From assembly GCA_040388075.1 (NCBI GenBank), contig JAZKCN010000002.1, positions 35,382 to 99,381 on the forward strand: a stretch of DNA of 64,000 nucleotides. Direction: 5' to 3'. Shown piece by piece: positions 57,212 to 64,000 of this stretch. Below the pieces are notes generated by a model. That model did not search any database. It had not been told where the DNA came from and saw only the letters and a program-made list of their open reading frames with translations. The stretch's first letter is position 1; the number at the start of each line of letters is the position of its first letter. The position numbers were made by a program, and so were the translations under genes. Origin of the DNA: Pseudomonadota bacterium (lineage in GTDB: Bacteria; Pseudomonadota; Gammaproteobacteria; Burkholderiales; Burkholderiaceae_C).

Positions 57212-58378
57212 TTGACCGTATCCATCGTGGGTTGGGGCCATCTCCCCTTCGGCAAATTCGACGCCATGCGCCTGGAAGACCTGATCGTGAAAGCCGCCGC
57301 CGAGGCGCTGGCACATGCGGGCATCACCGGGCGTGAGGTAGACGGCACCTGGCTGGGCAACCTGAACGGCGGTTTTGCGCCTGACATCTTTGCCTCGTCA
57401 CTGGCTTTTGGCGCTGATGCCGGCCTGCGCTGGAAGCCCGCGACCCGGCTGGAAAACGCCTGCGCTTCAGGCTCGGCCGCCATCTACGCGGCCTGCGATG
57501 CGATTGAATCGGGCCGGGCAAAGATTGCGCTGGTGGTGGGCGCCGAGAAGATGACCGATGTCAGCGGTGCGGATGTCACGCGCATCCTCGGCGACTGTGG
57601 TTATTCCGGCGAGACCGGCTCGCCTCCCGGTGGCTTTCCAGGCATCTTCGGCGAGGTGGCTGAAGACTACTTCAAGAGCTACGGCAACCATTCTGAAACG
57701 CTGGCGCGCATCGCCGCCAAAAACCACGCCAACGGCGCCGTCAACCCGTGGGCGCACATGCGGCGCGACCTGGGTTTTGACTTCTGCAACACCGTGTCCG
57801 ACAAGAACCCCATCATTGCCGGGCCGCTGCGCAAGACCGATTGCTCGCTGGTGTCGGACGGCGCAGCCGCGCTGATACTGGCCAGCGACGATGCCGCCAA
57901 GGATTTTGCACAGGCCGTGGCCATCCGCTCGCGGGTCCAGGTCAATGACTACCTGCCGATCAAGGGGCGCCGCACGGTGGACTTTGAAGGCCCGCGTCGC
58001 GCCTGGCAGGCCGCGCTGCAGCAGGCAGGCAGCACCATCAACGACCTGTCATTTGCCGAAGTGCATGACTGCTTCACGATTGCCGAACTGCTGAGCTACG
58101 AGGCGATGGGCCTGGCACCTGCAGGCCAAGGCGCACGCGTGATCAATGACGGCACGGTGATGAAGGGCGGCAGGCTGCCGGTCAATGCATCGGGCGGGCT
58201 GAAGTCCAAGGGCCACCCGATAGGTGCAACCGGTGTCTCCATGCATGCGATATCGGCGATGCAGCTCTGCGGCAAGGCCGGTGACATGCAGATCCCCGGT
58301 GCGACGATGGCCGGCGTCTTCAACATGGGTGGTGCGGCCGTGGCCAGCTACGTCAGCATCCTGGAGCGCCGCCAGTGA
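57212..58378 (+). CDS. Thiolase-like protein (SCP-x/Ltp2 type)
   Basis: ENACASG, EVHDCF, GHPIGATG; TTG start with CAGGAG RBS. Confidence 0.85.
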   Translation: MTVSIVGWGHLPFGKFDAMRLEDLIVKAAAEALAHAGITGREVDGTWLGNLNGGFAPDIFASSLAFGADAGLRWKPATRLENACASGSAAIYAACDAIESGRAKIALVVGAEKMTDVSGADVTRILGDCGYSGETGSPPGGFPGIFGEVAEDYFKSYGNHSETLARIAAKNHANGAVNPWAHMRRDLGFDFCNTVSDKNPIIAGPLRKTDCSLVSDGAAALILASDDAAKDFAQAVAIRSRVQVNDYLPIKGRRTVDFEGPRRAWQAALQQAGSTINDLSFAEVHDCFTIAELLSYEAMGLAPAGQGARVINDGTVMKGGRLPVNASGGLKSKGHPIGATGVSMHAISAMQLCGKAGDMQIPGATMAGVFNMGGAAVASYVSILERRQ

Positions 58379-59910
58379 ACATTGCCCAGTTGCTGCGCCG
58401 GTCTGCGGAGGTCTTCCCGGACCGCCCCGCCGTGTACGAAGGCGCGCAACTGCTGCTGGACTACCGTGCGCTGGCGCAGCGTGCGGCATCATTGGCAGGC
58501 TACCTGACACAGCAATGCGGCGTCAAACCCGGCGACCGCGTGGCAATTTTTTCAGCCAACTGCCCCGAGTACCTGGAGGCCATGAATGCCATCCTGTGGG
58601 CCGGTGCGATTGCGGTGCCAGTCAACTACAAACTGCATGTAAAAGAGCTGGACTACGTGCTGAAGGACTCGGGCGCGCAGGTGCTGCTGGTGTCGCAGGC
58701 GCTGGCGGCTGATGCGGCAACCGTGACCGGCGCCGGTGTGCACGTGATCAACTTCGCATCCGGCACTTATGCGCTGGCAGTGCAGCACCAGCCGATGACC
58801 ATGCAGGACCGCAGCCCCGACGATGTGGCTTCACTGTTCTACACCTCGGGCACGACCGGCCGCCCCAAGGGCGTGATGCAGACGCACCGCAACCTGCTGG
58901 CGATGACGGCCTGCTATTTCACCGATGTCGATGAAGTGGCCGAAGACGACGCGATGGTTTATGCCGCGCCCATGTCGCACGGCGCGGGCCTGTACAACTA
59001 CGCTTTCACGCTGCGTGGTGCACGCCATGTCGTGCCGGCCTCTGGCGGTTTTGAGCCGGCAGAGCTTGTGGCGCTGGCGCGCGATGTGGGCAGGCTGTGC
59101 TTTTTTGCGGCGCCCACCATGGTCAAGCGGCTGGTTGACCACATCAGCGCCGCGAAGGCCGATGTCAGCGGCTTCAAGACCATCGTCTACGGCGGCGGGC
59201 CGATGTATGCAGAAGACATGAAGCAGGCACTCGACGTGATGGGGCCGTGCTTTGCACAAATCTACGGCCAGGGCGAAAGCCCGATGACCATCACCGCCCT
59301 TTCGCGCACGCAATTGATTGACAACACCCATCCAGACTGGGAGCAGCGCATCGCGTCGGTCGGCGTGGCGCAGGCGCTGGTGGAAGTGCGTGTGGTCAAT
59401 GACAGCGGTGAAGCGGTGGAGGCCGGTGTGATCGGCGAAATCGTGGTGCGCGGCGACACCGTGATGCCGGGCTACTGGAACAAGCCAGAAGCCAGCGCCG
59501 ACACATTAAAAAACGGCTGGCTGTACACCGGCGACACCGGTTGCATGGACGGCCACGGCTTCCTGACACTGAAGGACAGGTCCAAGGACCTGATCATCAC
59601 CGGCGGCTCCAATGTCTACCCGCGCGAGATAGAAGAAGTGCTGCTGACGCACCCTGCGGTATCGGAGGTGGCGGTGGTTGGCCAGTTTGACGCCGAATGG
59701 GGCGAGGTGCCAGTAGCGTTTGTCGTATTGACAAGCGGTAGCCTGCCCTGCGATAAAGAGCTGGAAGCCTGCTGCCTGCAGGCCATTGCCCGTTTCAAGC
59801 GGCCCAAAATCTACCGCTATGTACAGGCGCTGCCGAAGAACAGCTACGGCAAGGTGCTGAAGACGGATTTGCGTGCACAACTGGTGCCAGCGCAAGCCCT
59901 TGTACATTGA
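58375..59910 (+). CDS. AMP-dependent acyl-CoA ligase
   Basis: YTSGTTGRPKG, YGQGE, TGD, GGSNVYP, GKVLK. Confidence 0.92.
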   Translation: MNIAQLLRRSAEVFPDRPAVYEGAQLLLDYRALAQRAASLAGYLTQQCGVKPGDRVAIFSANCPEYLEAMNAILWAGAIAVPVNYKLHVKELDYVLKDSGAQVLLVSQALAADAATVTGAGVHVINFASGTYALAVQHQPMTMQDRSPDDVASLFYTSGTTGRPKGVMQTHRNLLAMTACYFTDVDEVAEDDAMVYAAPMSHGAGLYNYAFTLRGARHVVPASGGFEPAELVALARDVGRLCFFAAPTMVKRLVDHISAAKADVSGFKTIVYGGGPMYAEDMKQALDVMGPCFAQIYGQGESPMTITALSRTQLIDNTHPDWEQRIASVGVAQALVEVRVVNDSGEAVEAGVIGEIVVRGDTVMPGYWNKPEASADTLKNGWLYTGDTGCMDGHGFLTLKDRSKDLIITGGSNVYPREIEEVLLTHPAVSEVAVVGQFDAEWGEVPVAFVVLTSGSLPCDKELEACCLQAIARFKRPKIYRYVQALPKNSYGKVLKTDLRAQLVPAQALVH

Positions 59911-59955
59911 AGATGTTTTACCACTGTGATTTTTGTTGATTAAAAAGGAGACTCC

Positions 59956-60588
59956 ATGACAAGCAGCGTAGCCACCAAACCAGAGACCACGACCGCCAGC
60001 GCAGCCGCCGGTAATGACGCGCCCAACCTGATGTTCAGCCACATGGGTTTTGCCGTGAAAGACATGGCGAAGATGGAGGACTTCTACACCCGCGTGATGG
60101 GCTTCACCGTCACCGACCGGGGCCACGCCGTCGGCATGGACCTGATCTTCCTGTCACGCGACCCCGGTGATCACCACCAGCTGGTACTGGTCTCGGGCAA
60201 GCCTGACAACATTCCACCCAACCCGTTCAACGCACAGTTCGGCAGCGTGATCAACCAGATTTCCTTTCGCGTCGGCTCACTCGACAGCCTGCGCAAGCTA
60301 CAGAAAATCCTGGAGAAGGAAAACATCCAGAGCGTCTTCCCGGCCAACCACGGCATCGCCTGGAGCATCTACTGCCACGACCCCGATGGCAACAACCTGG
60401 AACTGTTTGTCGACACCGAGTGGTACTTCCCGCAGCCCTTCCTGATCCCGCTGGACCTGACCCTGTCGAACGAAGCTATCTACGAGCAGACCAAGGGCAT
60501 GGCCGTCGAACAGCCCGGCTTCGAGATGAGCACCGACTGGAAAAAACGCATTGGCGCGCGCATGAACCTTTACAGGCCTGGCGTCTGA
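59956..60588 (+). CDS. VOC (glyoxalase/extradiol dioxygenase fold) protein
   Basis: SHMGF, HHQL, NHG, DPDGNNLE. Confidence 0.85.
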   Translation: MTSSVATKPETTTASAAAGNDAPNLMFSHMGFAVKDMAKMEDFYTRVMGFTVTDRGHAVGMDLIFLSRDPGDHHQLVLVSGKPDNIPPNPFNAQFGSVINQISFRVGSLDSLRKLQKILEKENIQSVFPANHGIAWSIYCHDPDGNNLELFVDTEWYFPQPFLIPLDLTLSNEAIYEQTKGMAVEQPGFEMSTDWKKRIGARMNLYRPGV

Positions 60589-60607
60589 AGAAAGCAGGAC
60601 AGCACTC

Positions 60608-61210
60608 ATGACCACACTGTTCAAGCTCACCAACAGCATCTTCGGCCCCCAGGGGCAATCGACCCAGCTGGTAGAGCGCTTTGTTGCTTCCTGGCTGGAG
60701 AAAAACCCGGGCACAAAAGTCATCGCGCGCGACACCGGGGTCAACCCTCCGCACTACCTGGAAGTACCGGCCTTCATGGCATCCCGCGTGCCAGCCGCAG
60801 ACCGCACACCGGAGCAGAAAAAGCTGCTCGAGTATTCGGACTCGCTGGTCGAGGAGCTTCGCCAGGCAGATGTCATCGTGATTGGCCTGCCTATGTACAA
60901 CTTCGGCATGCCAGCCGGCATGAAGTCCTGGTTTGACCACATCGCGCGGGTGGGTGTGACCTTCATGTACACGCCAACCGGCCCCAAGGGCCTGCTGCCT
61001 GCCGGCAAGAAGTGCTACATCCTGGCGACACGCGGCGGCCTGTATGCCGGTACGACCAAGGACACGCAGACCCCCCACGTGACCAACTTCCTGAACCTGA
61101 TCGGCATTACCGACATCCAGTTCATCTACGCAGAGGGCCTGAACATACCGGACCTCAAGGGGCCGGCCATCGAAGGCGCAGGCGCGAAGCTGTCGCAGTG
61201 GCTGGGCTGA
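60608..61210 (+). CDS. azoR: FMN-dependent NADH-azoreductase
   Basis: PMYNFG.P, WFDHIARVGVTF.YT..GP.GL, TRGG. Confidence 0.85.
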   Translation: MTTLFKLTNSIFGPQGQSTQLVERFVASWLEKNPGTKVIARDTGVNPPHYLEVPAFMASRVPAADRTPEQKKLLEYSDSLVEELRQADVIVIGLPMYNFGMPAGMKSWFDHIARVGVTFMYTPTGPKGLLPAGKKCYILATRGGLYAGTTKDTQTPHVTNFLNLIGITDIQFIYAEGLNIPDLKGPAIEGAGAKLSQWLG

Positions 61211-61283
61211 AAGCGCCAGCAGGATCGTGACAGGGAACGACTTCGAGGGCGTTCCCGATTTTTAACAAAAGGAAAACAGACAC

Positions 61284-61613
61284 ATGTTCATGCGATGCGC
61301 CTACCTGATAGGCCAGCCCAAACCCGGCAAGGATGCCGAATTGCAGAAGGCACTGCGCGCCGCGCTGCCGATGTACAAGGGCTTCGACGGCCTGCAGTCG
61401 GCCAGGCTGCTGCTGGGCCAGGACCACGAAGAAGGTGCACCCGCGATTTATGCAACGCTGGAGTTCTGGTTCAAGGACGAGGCAGCGCTAAATGCCGCAC
61501 TGGACAAGCCCTACCGTCAGGAGTTCCGCACCTGGTTTGCTGCCAATGTGACGCCACTGTTTGACGGCGTGATCAAGCACATCAACCAGGACCTGATCGA
61601 ACTGGCAGCCTGA
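61284..61613 (+). CDS. EthD-like small alpha-beta barrel protein
   Basis: LEFWFKDEAALNAAL pattern; operon position. Confidence 0.65.
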   Translation: MFMRCAYLIGQPKPGKDAELQKALRAALPMYKGFDGLQSARLLLGQDHEEGAPAIYATLEFWFKDEAALNAALDKPYRQEFRTWFAANVTPLFDGVIKHINQDLIELAA

Positions 61614-61710
61614 GACTCTTTGCATTCAAGGCTTCTGCTGAAGCCTCGGGCCTGCCGGCACCGGTGGGCCATCGATACCCCATAACTACTCCAACACAGA
61701 AAGGTTCTTC

Positions 61711-62697
61711 ATGATCCGACGCAAACTACTGGCTGGCGCAGCCGCCGGCCTGGTTCTTCCCCTGACATTTCCGACATCCGTTTTTGCGCAGGCAAACAAC
61801 AAGGTCGCCCGGCTGATCGTGCCCTTTCCGGCTGGCGGCGGCACCGACGCGGTTGCCCGCATGACGGCCGAAAAAATGCGGCCCGAATACCCGGCCGGCC
61901 TGATCGTAGAGAACCGCGCCGGTGCCTCGGGCCGTCTCGGCGCCGAGTACGTGCAGGCCAGCGAAGCCGACGGCATGACCCTGCTGTTCACGCCCGACTT
62001 CGTGATGACCATCTTCCCCTACAGCTTCAAAAAGCTCAGCTATGCACCGCAACAGGACTTCGCGCCGGTCGCGCTCTGCTCCAAGACCGGCTACGCACTG
62101 GTGGCCGGCCCCGGCCTGCCTGCCAGCGTGACCAACCTGCAGCAGTTCGTGGCCTGGGCCAAGGCCAACCCGAAACAGGCAGCCTTTGCATCGACGTCGG
62201 CCGGTAGCGCTTCACACTTCGGCGGCATCATGCTGTCGCGCGCCATAGGCGCCGAGTTGCTGCATGTGCCTTACAAGGGTGGCGCGCTGGCGCTGCAGGA
62301 CGTGATGGGCGGCCAGGTACCCATCAGCATCAACCCGATTGGCGAGGTGCTGCCGCACATGAAGACCGGCCGCGTTCGCGTGCTGGCCACCACAGGCGCG
62401 CAGCGCAGCCGCTTCATGCCCGATGCGCCTACGCTCGTCGAAGCCGGCCTGAAAGACATGGTCGTCGAATCCTGGCTGGGCGTGCTGGCACCGGGCAAGA
62501 CACCGGCCGCGACGATTGCAAAAACGTCAGCCACGATCAACGCCGTGCTGCAACGCCAGGACATCAAGGACGGCTACGCCGGCATAGGCATGGAAACCGT
62601 GCAAAGCACGCCTGCCAGTTTTGCAGCCGTCATCAAGGCTGACATGGAGCGCTGGGCGCCGATTGTGAAGGCTTCGGGCTTTACGGCTGAAGAGTAA
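61711..62697 (+). CDS. Bug/TctC substrate-binding protein
   Basis: VPFPAGGGTD, ENRAGASG, HVPYKGG. Confidence 0.92.
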   Translation: MIRRKLLAGAAAGLVLPLTFPTSVFAQANNKVARLIVPFPAGGGTDAVARMTAEKMRPEYPAGLIVENRAGASGRLGAEYVQASEADGMTLLFTPDFVMTIFPYSFKKLSYAPQQDFAPVALCSKTGYALVAGPGLPASVTNLQQFVAWAKANPKQAAFASTSAGSASHFGGIMLSRAIGAELLHVPYKGGALALQDVMGGQVPISINPIGEVLPHMKTGRVRVLATTGAQRSRFMPDAPTLVEAGLKDMVVESWLGVLAPGKTPAATIAKTSATINAVLQRQDIKDGYAGIGMETVQSTPASFAAVIKADMERWAPIVKASGFTAEE

Positions 62698-62722
62698 TCG
62701 GGCTGCGGCATAGAAAGCGGCA

Positions 62723-62880
62723 TGCTACTCTTTTGATAGCATGTCACGCTAGTCCATATTGGGCTGAGGGCCTTTTTGATGGGTAAATCAGGCCATTTTT
62801 AGCTCAAAAAACGCATTCCAAGCGTCCCTGGCCCTGCGCCAAACCGTCAAAACCCCCTCAATGTAAAGTCCACTTTACAT
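62723..62880 (-). repeat. 158-bp dispersed element, copy D
   Basis: Reverse complement ATGTAAAG-TGGA-CTTTACAT ... ATCAAAAAGGCCCTCAGCCCAATATGGACTAGCGTGACATGCTATCAAAAGAGTAGCA. Confidence 0.88.
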
Positions 62881-63039
62881 AGTGGACTGGTGCACCGCCC
62901 CAACGCCCGGCTCTGACAGCCGGGTTTTGCCTTGTCCTACTGACGGCTGCTGCGGCCTTCTGTACCTTTGACAGCTTGATACATTGACCAGCCGGGCGCC
63001 CATGCGCTCTGGTGGAAGCTGACAAACACAGGGGCAACC

Positions 63040-63981
63040 ATGGCAGAAGCATCTTCACGCACGCTCTGGAAAGGGGCCATCACCTTCGGGCTGGTGCACA
63101 TACCGGTAGGGCTGCACTCGGCCACCTCCGAGCAGGGGCTGGACTTTGACTGGCTGGACAAACGCAGCATGGACCCGGTCGGCTACAAACGCATCAACAA
63201 AAAGACCGGCAAGGAAATCACCAAGGAAAACATCGTCAAGGGCATTGCCTATGAGCAGGGCGAGTATGTAATCCTGAGTGAAAAGGAAATTGCCGACGCC
63301 TACCCCAAGACCACGCAGACGATAGAGATTGAATCGTTTGTCGATGCAGCGGATATTCCCTTCGTCTACCTGGAGCGGCCCTACTACGTCGCACCCATCA
63401 ACAAGGGCGCCAAGGTCTATGCGCTGCTGCGCGAAACGCTGCTGAAGACCGGCAAGGTGGGCGTGGCGCGCGTGGTCATACAGACCAAACAGCATCTGGC
63501 CGCGCTGATACCTTCCGGCAACGGCATGGTGTTGAACCTGCTGCGCTGGGGCGACGAGATACGCCCCTGGACCAACCTGGAGCTGCCGGCTGCTGGCATC
63601 AAGGGGGCAGGCATTCGCGAAGGCGAAATGAAGATGGCCGAGCAACTGGTGAAAGACATGAGCGCGAAGTGGGACCCCGAGAACTACAAGGACGAGTTCA
63701 AGGACGCCATCATGAAGCTGGTGCACCAGCGGGTAAAGGCCGGCAAGACCGAGACCGTGACACCGCTGGAGCATGTGGAGGAAAGCGACAGCAAATCCGG
63801 CGGTGCGCAGATCATCGACCTGACCGAGCTGCTCAAGCGCAGCCTGAAAAAGCCGGGCGCCAGTGCACCGGCAAAAAAGACAACGAAGGCTGCGGCAAAA
63901 ACACCTGCCAAAACCACAAAGATCACCAAGGCCCGCAGCGCCGCGCACAAGACAGCCGCACCACGCCGCAAGGCAGCATAA
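63040..63981 (+). CDS. ku: Ku protein (non-homologous end joining)
   Basis: WKGAITFGLVHIPV, IVKG, IEIESFV, ERPYY, IIDLTELLKRSL, Lys/Ala-rich tail. Confidence 0.95.
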   Translation: MAEASSRTLWKGAITFGLVHIPVGLHSATSEQGLDFDWLDKRSMDPVGYKRINKKTGKEITKENIVKGIAYEQGEYVILSEKEIADAYPKTTQTIEIESFVDAADIPFVYLERPYYVAPINKGAKVYALLRETLLKTGKVGVARVVIQTKQHLAALIPSGNGMVLNLLRWGDEIRPWTNLELPAAGIKGAGIREGEMKMAEQLVKDMSAKWDPENYKDEFKDAIMKLVHQRVKAGKTETVTPLEHVEESDSKSGGAQIIDLTELLKRSLKKPGASAPAKKTTKAAAKTPAKTTKITKARSAAHKTAAPRRKAA

Positions 63982-64000
63982 AGCCACGCTGACAGTCCAT

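Noticed and set aside
19530-62880. Integron attC array
   Set aside because: No RYYYAAC/GTTRRRY ends, no intI, and the copies are 3-31 kb apart in both orientations
41573-64000. Intact tRNA-anchored integrative element
   Set aside because: I found no integrase and no repeat of the tRNA 3' end by eye; an attR may lie outside the window

Overview
A GC-rich betaproteobacterial chromosome segment whose gene content and repeats resemble Comamonadaceae (Polaromonas/Rhodoferax-like); the taxon is my inference. In order: a Ser/Thr kinase, two class III cyclases and a hybrid histidine kinase (1-6.5 kb); Bug/TRAP transport and hydroxyquinol/3-oxoadipate catabolic genes with IclR/LysR regulators (6.5-30.2 kb); cytochrome c4, MoxR/VWA, tamAB and tRNA-Arg(CCT) (30.7-41.6 kb); two orphan catabolic clusters (42-62.7 kb); and Ku. 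The most notable non-coding signal is a dispersed element with four copies, each exactly 158 bp and alignable without gaps. Each has a 20-bp palindrome at one end, a GCTAY-N7-GTAGC hairpin at the other, and ~10-bp-phased A/T tracts in a diverged core. The copies form two same-orientation pairs that bracket gene blocks. One copy is split by a 2863-bp IS1595-family element (25-bp TIRs, 8-bp TSD) whose cargo is an ImmA/IrrE-like peptidase, a 2-TM protein and a protein with a HEPN-like RxxxxH motif. A 266-bp highly structured MITE-like element and a second family of short palindromic repeats are also present. All family assignments come from reading motifs by eye; no database searches were run.
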